Translations under genes and position numbers: made by a program
Assembly (NCBI GenBank): GCA_011321845.1
Contig: DROQ01000081.1
Coordinates: forward strand, 3,237 to 67,236
DNA from: Planctomycetota bacterium
GTDB taxonomy: Bacteria > Planctomycetota > UBA1135 > GCA-002748355
DNA length: 64,000 nucleotides
Reading direction: 5' to 3'
The notes under the pieces: generated by a model
Told to the model about the DNA's origin: nothing
The model's database searches: none
The model's input: only the letters and a program-made list of their open reading frames with translations
Part shown: positions 1-8,939 of the stretch, one piece after another
How positions within the stretch are numbered: the first letter of the stretch is position 1
Layout: each line of letters starts with the position of its first letter

Positions 1-51
1 GGACGTAGGCCACCGCCGGCCCCTCCCCTTCTCGCGCCAGCAACTTGGCGA

Positions 52-1308
52 TCAAGGTTCTTCTCCCACAACGAGGAGGGCGTCCTCTCTCCCAGGTGCA
101 AAAAAAGCCCCGAGCAGGCAGAGCCCCAGCGCAATGACCCCGACCCAAAAGAAGATCCCCTGGATTCCGCTACCATCCGAAAAGACCAGCGGAAAACCCA
201 GTGCGAAACTGAGGCGCGCCCCGAAGGAGAGCACAGAGAGGGCGAGGGCCCGATCCCGTGAGGGGATGCGGTGGTTGGCATAGCTTTGCACCAGGGGCCA
301 GTGCAGCCCAAAAGAGACCTGCTGCAAGAAGAAAAGCGGGATCAGCAATGCGTTCGTTTCGATCGAGAGCCCCAAAAAGGAGAGCGCCATCAGGACCGGT
401 AGCCATAGGAGAGTGCGAACTTCGCCGAAGCGGTGGCTGATCCCCGGTGCCAGCTTGGTGAAGGGCAAGGCTACCAGCGCGAAGCTGAAGTAGAGACCGC
501 CCACAAAGAGCGCTCCATTCTTCTTGGCCTCCTCCAGCCAGGGTTGGTTGGTGTGAAAACCGAAACGCAGCAAGAAAAAGAGAAGGATGTAGAGGATCAG
601 GAGCCAGCGCACCTGCCTGTTACGAAAGACGGTCAGGATCCTCGAGAGGGTGTTCCTCGTGGCGGCCTGGTCTCCGCTTGTTTGCTGTGAGTCTGTCGGC
701 TCCGGCTCCCGCGGGGCTTCCCGGAGCCCCAGCGCCGCCCCAGCTCCGAGCAGGCAGAGCAGGGAGGTGGCCAGGGCGACCGCGGGGAGCCCCAGAACCG
801 CTCCGATGATCCCGCCCGCGAGAAAACTGAGAGCGGTGCCCAGGGTCCGCCACATCGACATGCTCGATTCGAGCCGAAGGTATTCTTCTCGCCTTCCCTC
901 CGACAGCAGGGTGTCGTAGAGGAGGGCCGAGGGAGTACCGGAGAGCAGGGCGTGTCCCGCTCCCTGTAAAAGCTCCGCGATCGCGAAGGTCTGGTAATCC
1001 GTCGCCACGAACATCAAGAAGAACCCCCCGGAAAAAAAGAGCGGCCCCAGGACCAGGGGAATCTTGCGTCCGATGCGGTCCGCCAGCCAACCCGTGGGGA
1101 GCTCCAGCGCCACCATGGAGAAGTAGTAGATCGACTGAAGGGTCGCATAGTCCCCCCGGCTCAGGCCCCTCTCCCGCACCAGAAAATAGAGCAGGGGAAT
1201 GATGGCGAGGGGGAAGGTGAAAAAGGAGAAAAAGGCGAAGCGCAGATGACTCGCCCGTCCCAATCCCTTGTTTCCACCGCCTTGGCTCATCACCCAAGGG
1301 CTACCCAT
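52..1308 (-). CDS. MFS-type multi-pass transporter
   Basis: The distal ~415 codons of track ORF 52..1812 encode a hydrophobic multi-helix protein with an MFS-like loop motif (ELPTGWLADRIGRK). The upstream ~170 codons are antisense to mobB, so I moved the start to ATG 1308 (alternative ATG 1290). Confidence 0.75.
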   Translation of the reverse strand: MGSPWVMSQGGGNKGLGRASHLRFAFFSFFTFPLAIIPLLYFLVRERGLSRGDYATLQSIYYFSMVALELPTGWLADRIGRKIPLVLGPLFFSGGFFLMFVATDYQTFAIAELLQGAGHALLSGTPSALLYDTLLSEGRREEYLRLESSMSMWRTLGTALSFLAGGIIGAVLGLPAVALATSLLCLLGAGAALGLREAPREPEPTDSQQTSGDQAATRNTLSRILTVFRNRQVRWLLILYILLFFLLRFGFHTNQPWLEEAKKNGALFVGGLYFSFALVALPFTKLAPGISHRFGEVRTLLWLPVLMALSFLGLSIETNALLIPLFFLQQVSFGLHWPLVQSYANHRIPSRDRALALSVLSFGARLSFALGFPLVFSDGSGIQGIFFWVGVIALGLCLLGAFFAPGREDALLVVGEEP

Positions 1309-1380
1309 CCCCCCGCCGACTTTCCAGCCCTTTTCCCTTTCCTCCCTTTTTCCGCTCCCATCCTCTAAGATCCTCCCCGC

Positions 1381-1947
1381 ATGAAGAACGACCGCAAGCC
1401 GCCGACCGTCCTGTCCTTCGTCGCCCCCTCGGGAACGGGCAAGACCACCCTCCTTTCCCAGGTCATCCAACTCCTTTGCGAAGAGGGGGCCAAGGTTGCC
1501 GCTCTCAAGGGGACACACCACCAGATCTACCTCGACAAACCCGGCAAGGACTCCTACAGGTTCAAGGCCGCGGGTGCTCGGGCCGTAGGACTCCTTGGCC
1601 CCGGGACTTCGACCCTTTTTCTCGAACCCAGCGACGGAGGTGCCGGTGATGAGCGGAAAAAGGTTCTCGAGATGGTCCATTGGCTCTCTCTCTACCCCTT
1701 CGCCCCCTTCGACTACATCCTCTGCGAGGGTTTCGCCCATGTCCCTGAGCTTCCCAAGCTCCGTGTTGTCCGCGATGAATGGCCCATCGCCTACTTCGCC
1801 GAGAGAGGACATGTCGCAGATCTGACAGCCATCGCCTGGGGGAAGGGGGAGAAACCTCCTTCGGAGCTTCCGGCCGGCGTCGCTCTCCTTCCGCTCGATG
1901 CGGAAGCTGTTGCCAAGTGGCTGGTCAAAAGGAGAGAGGCCCAGTGA
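1381..1947 (+). CDS. mobB: Molybdopterin-guanine dinucleotide biosynthesis adapter protein MobB-like P-loop GTPase
   Basis: Walker A APSGTGKTT is followed by THHxxxLDKPGKDSYRFKAAGA and LCEGF blocks. These line up with E. coli MobB as I recall it. 188 aa. Confidence 0.85.
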   Translation: MKNDRKPPTVLSFVAPSGTGKTTLLSQVIQLLCEEGAKVAALKGTHHQIYLDKPGKDSYRFKAAGARAVGLLGPGTSTLFLEPSDGGAGDERKKVLEMVHWLSLYPFAPFDYILCEGFAHVPELPKLRVVRDEWPIAYFAERGHVADLTAIAWGKGEKPPSELPAGVALLPLDAEAVAKWLVKRREAQ

Positions 1948-2819
1948 TCCAAGCTCTGTTCGAGGCCATGCGACCCTACCAATGGGTCAAAAACCTCCTG
2001 GTCTTCGCTCCCCTGATCTTCGCCCAGAAGCTCTATGACCGGCCTTCGCAGATGGGGGCCCTTGTCGCCTTTGCCGCCTTCTGCTGCGTCGCGAGCGGGA
2101 TCTACCTTCTCAACGATCTCATGGACCTGGAGCGGGATCGTCGGCATCCCAAAAAGAAAAACCGCCCCCTCCCATCGGGGAGGTTGTCTCCTGCTGTTGC
2201 AGGGATCGCGGTTTTTGTCCTCGTGGGGTCGGGCCTCGGCTTGGCCCAGTGGCGGGGTTTCCTCATCCTTCCCCTCGTTTATTTCCTGATCAACGTCGCC
2301 TACTCGCTCAAGCTCAAGCACCTCGTGATCCTCGACGCGATGTGCATCGCCATCGGTTTCCTCCTGCGGGTCTACGCGGGAGGTGTCGCCATCCATGTTC
2401 CCGTCTCTTCGTGGTTGGTCCTTTGCACCTTTTTCGTAGCCTTGCTGCTGGCCTTTTGTAAAAGGCGCCACGAACTTTTCGTCTTGGGGGAGGAGGAAGC
2501 TTCCGGACACCGCAAGTCCCTCGAGCATTACTCCTTCGCGTTCCTGGACCAGATGATCGCTCCTCTGGGCGCTCTGACAGTGATGGCCTACGCGGCCTAC
2601 ACCACATCTCCCGCCGCTGTCGCCAACTTCGGGCCGAAGCGGGCGCACCTACTGGTCTGGACCGTTCCCTTTGTCGTCTATGGGATTTTTCGCTATCTCT
2701 TCCTGGTCCACATGCGTTCGGAGGGCGGGGACCCGACACGTCTTCTTCTCAAGGATCTTCCCACCCTCTTGAACATCCTCGGATGGATGGGCACGAGCCT
2801 TTGGATCGTCTACTTCTGA
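1944..2819 (+). CDS. UbiA-family prenyltransferase, decaprenyl-phosphate phosphoribosyltransferase (DPPR synthase)-like
   Basis: GTG 1944 overlaps the mobB stop (GTGA). Multi-TM protein with YQWVKNLLVF and NDLMDLERDRRHPKKKNRPLPSG motifs typical of the Rv3806c-type UbiA subgroup. I discarded the track ORF's first ~55 aa because they overlap mobB. Confidence 0.8.
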   Translation: MIQALFEAMRPYQWVKNLLVFAPLIFAQKLYDRPSQMGALVAFAAFCCVASGIYLLNDLMDLERDRRHPKKKNRPLPSGRLSPAVAGIAVFVLVGSGLGLAQWRGFLILPLVYFLINVAYSLKLKHLVILDAMCIAIGFLLRVYAGGVAIHVPVSSWLVLCTFFVALLLAFCKRRHELFVLGEEEASGHRKSLEHYSFAFLDQMIAPLGALTVMAYAAYTTSPAAVANFGPKRAHLLVWTVPFVVYGIFRYLFLVHMRSEGGDPTRLLLKDLPTLLNILGWMGTSLWIVYF

Positions 2820-4174
2820 GAGCCAGGCCTGCGGCGGCCGCCGCCCTCCTCCTCACCGCTTTCCTGGGAGCGGGTCTCCGGCTTTGGCAGGCCCTCTGCA
2901 TTTGGGTTCCCTCCAATGACGGCGCGAGCTACCTCTCCATGGTCCAGGACTTCGCCCATGGAGAATTCTCAAGAGGCTTTGGCTATGTCTTTCCCCCGGG
3001 GACAGGCATCGTGGTCGCTCCCCTTTCGGCCCTTTTGGGGGACAGCCTACTCGCCTTCTCCTTGATGGGATCCCTTGCCGCCTTTTTTGGGATCCTGGCC
3101 CTGGGCAAGGCGGCTGGGCGTTGGCTCAACCCGAGGGCGGGTCTCATGGCCGGGCTCCTCCTCTCCCTGCTTTCTCTGTCGGTCCGTTCCGTGGGTGAGG
3201 CCTATTCGGAGAGTTTCTTCGTCCCCTTGCTTTGCGCCCTGCTTTACTTCCAGTCCAAGGGAAGGACCATGCTCGCGGGGATCTGTCTGGGGCTTGGGTT
3301 CTGGTTTCGTCCCGAAGGGCTGGCAATGTTCCCCCTGCTCCTTGCGCCCTCCGCCAAGGAGGAAAGGGCGGGGGGATGCCCCTGGAAGCCCATGACTCTT
3401 GCTTTGGCCCTGGCTCTCCTCCTCCCCCTCGCCCGGCTCGCCTGGGGACTTCCTCTCTTTCCCAAATTCGAGTTGATGCGCCCCATGGGCCCCTTGGGAG
3501 AAGAAGGGTTCCAGGGGGTTCTTTTGGCCCTGGGGGCCAATCTCCTCAAAGTCCCCGGAGCCGCGTTGGAGGGGCTGGATTTCGGACTTCCTCTTCTCGT
3601 CGTCCCAGGTGGTCTCCTGTTGTTCAAGCGTTCTCCGGGCCTCGCCAAAGCCCTTTTCCTTGCCATCGTCCTCGCCACCGCCGCGCAGCTCCTCTTTCAG
3701 GTCAAAGCTCGGTTTTTTGTGGACCAGGCTCCCCTCTGGATCCTCGCCGGAACGAGTGTCCTCCTTTTGCAGAGAGGGGTCGGAATGTTGCTCTGTCTCC
3801 TCGCCCTGCTCGTTTCCGGAATCCGCGTCGGCCATGACCTCCTCCAGCCACCCAGGTTGGACAAGCGACCGGAACTGGTCCTAGGAGCCAAACTCCGAGA
3901 GGCGGGACTCAAGCAGGGTGAGCTGCTTACCGACATGCCCCGAGTGGCCTGGGCTGCCGGCCTCGTCCCTCCCCCTCCCCTGGTCTGGACGCCTGCGAAA
4001 CTCAGGGCCGCGATGAAGGCGAACAGGCCCCGTTACATCGCCCTCGGCGCAAGACGGGAGGGGAGACTTTCCTTCGCCAGGGAAATCAGCGAGATCTATG
4101 CCCCCTCTCCTCTCCCCGAGGAACTCTCGGGCAGGGAGGGAGCCAAGCGCCTGCTCCTCCTGGTCCGTCGCTAG
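2783..4174 (+). CDS. GT-C fold membrane glycosyltransferase (ArnT/PMT, GT39/83-like)
   Basis: About 460 aa polytopic membrane protein. It has an early loop NDGASYLSMVQDFAHGEF and many helices, then a soluble C-terminal part. It overlaps the UbiA CDS by 37 nt and sits directly after a lipid-linked sugar donor enzyme. The start is uncertain. Confidence 0.6.
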   Translation: MDGHEPLDRLLLRARPAAAAALLLTAFLGAGLRLWQALCIWVPSNDGASYLSMVQDFAHGEFSRGFGYVFPPGTGIVVAPLSALLGDSLLAFSLMGSLAAFFGILALGKAAGRWLNPRAGLMAGLLLSLLSLSVRSVGEAYSESFFVPLLCALLYFQSKGRTMLAGICLGLGFWFRPEGLAMFPLLLAPSAKEERAGGCPWKPMTLALALALLLPLARLAWGLPLFPKFELMRPMGPLGEEGFQGVLLALGANLLKVPGAALEGLDFGLPLLVVPGGLLLFKRSPGLAKALFLAIVLATAAQLLFQVKARFFVDQAPLWILAGTSVLLLQRGVGMLLCLLALLVSGIRVGHDLLQPPRLDKRPELVLGAKLREAGLKQGELLTDMPRVAWAAGLVPPPPLVWTPAKLRAAMKANRPRYIALGARREGRLSFAREISEIYAPSPLPEELSGREGAKRLLLLVRR

Positions 4175-4385
4175 GGCGCTCGAGGAAGGTGGAAATCAAC
4201 CAAAGTGTTCCACCCTTGTCAGAGAACTCCCCTGATCAAGTGGGAGGAAGGAGGGGGTCGATAGAACTCTTGATCCATCGAGTTTTTACAGCTTCGAGCC
4301 AGGTTGATGTTCCGAGAGATGTTCCGCAATTGTTCTCGATCCTGGACCCCTCCCTTCGGTTCCCACGTGGGAGCCGGGTTATAGG

Positions 4386-6017
4386 GTGCCGGTTTTCCAA
4401 AAGAGCCTGATTCCCAAGATCATCGCTCCGATGATGTTGATCTCCGGTGGTGTGTTGGCTCTTTTCATCCTTTTCTCCGTAACGGTCGTGGAGCATAGCT
4501 TTCGCCTCGCAGAAAGGGCCCGAGGGAAGGAATTGGCCCGGGCCATGGCCTGGGATAGTCGAGTCTCCCGATCGCTCGCGAAGATGGATTCTTCGGAATC
4601 CGAGGACGCGGCGAGGGATCTCTTTCACCTTGCTCCCTCTGTCATGAGGGTTCAGGTGACCAACCTACGGGCTGGGCCTACGGGGCGGGTTCTGATGGAC
4701 CTGAGGCGGGGAGGAAAGCCAGTGGACGGGGCCCATCTGGAAAAGGAGCTGGACTGGGAAGTCGTCCGGGTTCCCATCTTTGAATACCGCAGAAATCCGG
4801 TAGGCAAGAAGAGGCTCGAATGGTTCCCTCGGGAAGGGGGAAAGGGTGTCCCTCCAAGAAAAAAGATGGGAGTGTTGACCCTCTGGGTGGACCCTTCCAT
4901 CTACGCGACGGCTCTCTCCCATGTGAACATCCAGTTTATTTTGCTTGGATTGCTCTCCTACATTCTTTCCGGGTGGATGGTGGGGTGGATGATCCGCAAG
5001 CAGCTCCGCAGGCTCTCGGTTCTGGCGGGTTACGCCGAAGAATTGGGAAGGGGAGAGGGTGTCGGTTCTGAACGGGACCCAGAGACCCGCCCGATCGTGA
5101 TCGAGGAGAGCGAGGATGAGATTGGGAGGCTTTTCCAGAGCTTTCTCAAGATGAAGGAGCAGCTGCGCCAATCCTGGGACAGGATCGAGGAGCAGAACGC
5201 CGGCTTGGAGCGAACCGTCGAGGAACGTACCCGAGAGCTTCAAGGAGCGATCGAGGAACTGAAGAGTCTCGACAAGATGAAGGACAGGCTCCTCTCCTCG
5301 GTCAGCCACGAGATGCGCACCCCGCTTACGAGCATTCGTTCGTTTTCGGAGATCCTTCTGGAATACGGGGAGGACGAGAGTTTGGAGACCCGTCGGGAGT
5401 TCCTTGCCATCATCAAGGCGGAGTCGGAGCGGCTCTCTCGCTTGATCTCGGACATCCTGGACATGGCCCAGATCGAGGCCGGCAAGCTTCGCTGGAAGCG
5501 GGAGACCTTTGACCTAAGGGAACTCGTCCTGGAGGCCACTCGGGCGGCGAAGGGGCTGGGACTGGAAAAGAATGTTTTCTTCACGACCGATCTCCCCATG
5601 AAACCTCTGCTGTTCCATGGGGACCGGGACAGGATCCAACAGGTCCTCTTCAACCTCCTCTCGAATGCCTGGAAATTTTCGCCTTTGGACGACGAGGTCG
5701 AGACCTCGCTGAGGAGGGAAGGGAGCGTGGTCGTCCTCGAAATCCGGGACCGGGGGCCGGGGTTTTCGAGCGAGGATGAAAAGCTGCTCATCTTCGAACG
5801 CTTCCAACAGGGAGGGGGACATCTGACGAGCAAGCCCGATGGGACCGGGCTTGGGCTTTCGATTTCCAAGGGGATCGTTGAGATGCACGGGGGGCGGATC
5901 CTGGCCTTGGATCGCCCTGGAGGAGGGGCGGTTTTTCGCGTAGAGCTGCCCCTGGAGGACGCTGGAGATGGCCGGCAAAGCGAAAAAGAGGAGAATGCGA
6001 GGGTGGGGCAGGCATAA
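4386..6017 (+). CDS. Sensor histidine kinase (TM - periplasmic loop - HAMP - HisKA - HATPase_c)
   Basis: H-box SHEMRTPLTSI, N-box FNLLSNAWKFS, G-boxes DRGPGF and GTGLGLSI, plus two TM segments and a HAMP-like linker. GTG start at 4386; an internal Met pair 15 codons later is possible. No response regulator is adjacent. Confidence 0.85.
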   Translation: MPVFQKSLIPKIIAPMMLISGGVLALFILFSVTVVEHSFRLAERARGKELARAMAWDSRVSRSLAKMDSSESEDAARDLFHLAPSVMRVQVTNLRAGPTGRVLMDLRRGGKPVDGAHLEKELDWEVVRVPIFEYRRNPVGKKRLEWFPREGGKGVPPRKKMGVLTLWVDPSIYATALSHVNIQFILLGLLSYILSGWMVGWMIRKQLRRLSVLAGYAEELGRGEGVGSERDPETRPIVIEESEDEIGRLFQSFLKMKEQLRQSWDRIEEQNAGLERTVEERTRELQGAIEELKSLDKMKDRLLSSVSHEMRTPLTSIRSFSEILLEYGEDESLETRREFLAIIKAESERLSRLISDILDMAQIEAGKLRWKRETFDLRELVLEATRAAKGLGLEKNVFFTTDLPMKPLLFHGDRDRIQQVLFNLLSNAWKFSPLDDEVETSLRREGSVVVLEIRDRGPGFSSEDEKLLIFERFQQGGGHLTSKPDGTGLGLSISKGIVEMHGGRILALDRPGGGAVFRVELPLEDAGDGRQSEKEENARVGQA

Positions 6018-6085
6018 ATTCCCGAAACATGCTATCCTTCCAGGCTCTCTTTCTCCTTTTTCTTTGACGGCAAGTGGGTTTTTCG

Positions 6086-7666
6086 ATGCGCAGGTCCTTT
6101 CTCTCCTTCCTTCCCCCTCTCCTTGGATTCCTGGTTTCGCTGGCCGGTTCCCTTCCCGCTCAGAAGCAGCTTCAACTCATTCGGGTTCCGAACCAACCCA
6201 GAATCGGGACCTTCGGAGAGAGCACCGCGATCTCGGGAAACCTGATGGCCGTCGGGGCGAGTGATGAGCGGGTTACAGGGAATTACGCGGGCGCGGTCTA
6301 TGTCTACAAAAAGGTTGGGACCTCTTGGGTTCTGGACGCGAGGTTGACAGCCCCTGTCCCCACGGCTCTGGACCGGTTCGGGTCCACGGTTGCCCTCTCG
6401 GGTTCTGTCCTTGTGGTTGGGGCGCCAGCGATTCTTTCCAAGGTCCACAATGGAAGGATCCATATCTTCCGGAGGAAGAATGGGAAATGGACCCATGAAG
6501 CCCAGTTCGAGAGGGGGCGTTGGTTTGGGGTTTCGATCTCCATTTCCGGTAACCGGGTGGTGAGCGGGGCGCCGGGGACACGCCATTCCCGGGTGAACTG
6601 GGGAGGGAACAACTACGCGGGAGCGGTCTGGGTCTTTCGATTCAACGGAACCAAGTGGGTGGAAGAAGCCAAACTGCTCGCCGGCGATCCCGGCTATAGC
6701 GACCACTTCGGGTCGGCGGTCGCGATCCAGGGGAACAGCCTCCTGATCGGTGCCTCGGGGGACAGCGACGAGGCCCAGAGGCGGTACGGCATCGGCTCGG
6801 TCTACGCCTTCGACTGGAATGGCAGCGCTTGGGTCCAGTCCCAGAAGTTCCGTGCGCTCAAGTTCGCCGACCAGTCCTTTTTCGGCGCTGCGATCTCCTG
6901 GGATGGAAACGAAGCCTTGATCGGGTCGCCCGGAAAAAAAGCCAACGGAACCTGGGGAGCCGGTGCGGCCTACCTCTTCCACAAGGGAACCGGAGGCTGG
7001 GTCGAACAACAGAAGTGGACTTCGCCCTGGCCGAGCACCTCCGCCGCTTTTGGGAGGAGGGTTGTGCTCAAGGGTGGCCTGGCCCTGATCGGTCATCAGG
7101 GGCGTGACGCCGAAGGAAACAAGCGCGGAGCGATTCATGTTTGGCGCAGGTCGCCCACCAACAAATGGATCCCGGAGCCCCCCTTCCAGGGCAGGGGCCT
7201 CGTGGGCAAGTACTCGGATTTCAACGGGGGCCTCGCCTTGGATGGCAACACCCTGGTCGCGGGGGGATACATCGAGGACAACAGCTCCTGGAGTGGTGGG
7301 GCCGCCTGGGTTTTTGACATGAGCCCGGCCTTTCACCTCATGGTTCTTCCTCTTCCGGTCGTGACCAAGGACACGGCCAAGTTCGAGCTTCGTTTCGCCC
7401 CCAAGAACGCAGTGGGGATCCTGATGTTCGGGTTCACCGGGACCACGAAGCTTCCCCTTCCCTGGCCGGGGACCGTTCTTCGTCTCAACGCGCCCATGAT
7501 CATCGGCGCGATGTCGACCGGGACCAAGGGGAAGGCCCTCTGGGAATTCAACATCCCCGCGGTTGCTCAGGGGGTCAGGCTGTGGACTCAGGCCCTCGAG
7601 ATCGAGAGCTTCAGCAAGGCCAAGACCAGCAACCTGATTTACACTCGGATCAGGGCTCCGTTTTAG
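6086..7666 (+). CDS. Secreted FG-GAP (integrin-alpha-like) repeat protein with distinct C-terminal module
   Basis: Signal peptide MRRSFLSFLPPLLGFLVSLAGSLPAQ. Repeated FG-x-[AS]-V/I-A-x-x-G-x-x-L-x-[IV]-GAP units (FGSTVALSGSVLVVGAP, FGSAVAIQGNSLLIGAS, FGAAISWDGNEALIGSP). ATG 6086 lies inside the track ORF that starts at GTG 6074. Confidence 0.7.
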   Translation: MRRSFLSFLPPLLGFLVSLAGSLPAQKQLQLIRVPNQPRIGTFGESTAISGNLMAVGASDERVTGNYAGAVYVYKKVGTSWVLDARLTAPVPTALDRFGSTVALSGSVLVVGAPAILSKVHNGRIHIFRRKNGKWTHEAQFERGRWFGVSISISGNRVVSGAPGTRHSRVNWGGNNYAGAVWVFRFNGTKWVEEAKLLAGDPGYSDHFGSAVAIQGNSLLIGASGDSDEAQRRYGIGSVYAFDWNGSAWVQSQKFRALKFADQSFFGAAISWDGNEALIGSPGKKANGTWGAGAAYLFHKGTGGWVEQQKWTSPWPSTSAAFGRRVVLKGGLALIGHQGRDAEGNKRGAIHVWRRSPTNKWIPEPPFQGRGLVGKYSDFNGGLALDGNTLVAGGYIEDNSSWSGGAAWVFDMSPAFHLMVLPLPVVTKDTAKFELRFAPKNAVGILMFGFTGTTKLPLPWPGTVLRLNAPMIIGAMSTGTKGKALWEFNIPAVAQGVRLWTQALEIESFSKAKTSNLIYTRIRAPF

Positions 7667-8939
7667 TCGGGAAGGTTGGACCGGCCGGGTCCCCAGGGTT
7701 TTTCCCCCACGATCGCAGGCAGGCCCAGAGGACGAAGAGGGCGCCGAGGGTGACCGTGTAGTAGGACTGCATCAGGTTTTTGCCGAGCTTGCCCAGGATT
7801 TCCTGAGAGAGGAGGTCGTTTACGAAGAAGTAGAGGGCGAGGGCGATCCAGAGGGGGAGACTGCGCTGGTCCCTTGCCTGGGCGGCGAGATAGTAGAAAG
7901 CGGGAAGGAGGGCGACGTGGTGGGCCTTCCAGGTGATGGGAGAGAGCAGGAGGGTCAGGGCGAAGAGGGCTGAGGCAGCGGGAAGCCAGTGGAGGCGCTG
8001 CTGTAGGCCGCTCATGGCCTGCTTGCCGATCCTGCGGGCCGTGAGCCCGACGAGGAAAAGGGCGAGGAGGCGGTAGATCCAGTGGATGATGCTGGGGGAG
8101 AGGCCGGCTCCCTGGAAGAAGAGGGGAGAGGGGAGGATCTGTTCCTTTGGGACCGTTCCAAGGAAGCGGGCCAGCATGTAGGGGAGGGACTGGTGCATCC
8201 AGGTAAAGGGGGGAAAGCCGTGGCTGGGTTGGGCGAAGACATCGGCCCTGCTCCCGTAGGCGAGGACTCCTTCGAGCCAGTGGCCATAGGCCTGGGCCCA
8301 GCCGCTGGGGCCTAAAAAGAGCATGGGGCTGAGGTGGAGGGCGAGGGCGACCCCGATCGCGGAGACGAAGGCACGGCCCCTCCCCTGCAGGAGGAGGAGG
8401 GGGAGGAAGAGGATGGGGGTGGGCTTGGCCGCGAGGACGAGGCCGAGGAGGGCTCCACGGAAGAGGCGCCCCTCCTTTCCGCTCTCGAGGGGGAGGCAGG
8501 CGCTGAGGACGAGAGTGGCGAAGACGAGGTTGCCTCCTCCGCCTGCTGTGTCGCGGAGGAAGAAGCGGGAGACGAGGAGGAGGGCGACGATGGGGAGCCA
8601 GGCGGGAGGTGCGCGGCCTTGGTGGGTTCTCCTGTACCATTGGGTGAGCTGGCCGAACATGAGCCCCAGCATCCCGACCTGGAACAGGACCCAGAGGACC
8701 CGGGCCGCGGGCAGGGGGACGAGGAGGAGGGGCGCCATGACGACCCCATAGGAGGGGGGATAGGGTGCGTGGACTGGTCGGGGGTCCCTGGCCTGGGGCT
8801 TGTAGGGGAATCTGCCCTGCAAAACCTGGGAGGCAAAAACCCGATTCCGGAGGAGAGAGCCATGTTTTTTCCGGAGGGCTCGCAGGGAGAGCGGGAGGGC
8901 GAGAAGCAGAAGGAGGGCGATGGCCGGGGATCGTTTCAT
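7650..8939 (-). CDS. Polytopic membrane glycosyltransferase, GT87/DUF2029-like
   Basis: 429 aa with more than 10 hydrophobic helices and an N-terminal loop with the YPPSYGVVMAPLLL pattern typical of DUF2029/GT87 mannosyltransferase-like proteins. Its 3' end overlaps the convergent FG-GAP gene by 17 nt. Confidence 0.6.
   Translation of the reverse strand: MKRSPAIALLLLLALPLSLRALRKKHGSLLRNRVFASQVLQGRFPYKPQARDPRPVHAPYPPSYGVVMAPLLLVPLPAARVLWVLFQVGMLGLMFGQLTQWYRRTHQGRAPPAWLPIVALLLVSRFFLRDTAGGGGNLVFATLVLSACLPLESGKEGRLFRGALLGLVLAAKPTPILFLPLLLLQGRGRAFVSAIGVALALHLSPMLFLGPSGWAQAYGHWLEGVLAYGSRADVFAQPSHGFPPFTWMHQSLPYMLARFLGTVPKEQILPSPLFFQGAGLSPSIIHWIYRLLALFLVGLTARRIGKQAMSGLQQRLHWLPAASALFALTLLLSPITWKAHHVALLPAFYYLAAQARDQRSLPLWIALALYFFVNDLLSQEILGKLGKNLMQSYYTVTLGALFVLWACLRSWGKNPGDPAGPTFPTKTEP

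Noticed and set aside
52-1812. Track ORF suggesting a 586-aa protein with a 170-aa soluble N-terminal extension on the MFS transporter.
   Set aside because: The extension is exactly antisense to mobB (1381-1947), which has strong family motifs. The transporter has internal ATGs at 1308 and 1290, right before its first helix.
7650-7666. Convergent 3'-end overlaps (17 nt here; 11 nt at 26252-26262 between modC-like and the MCP gene) as regulatory antisense arrangements.
   Set aside because: Short convergent overlaps are common in compact GC-rich genomes. Nothing else in the sequence, such as hairpins or repeats, singles these out.
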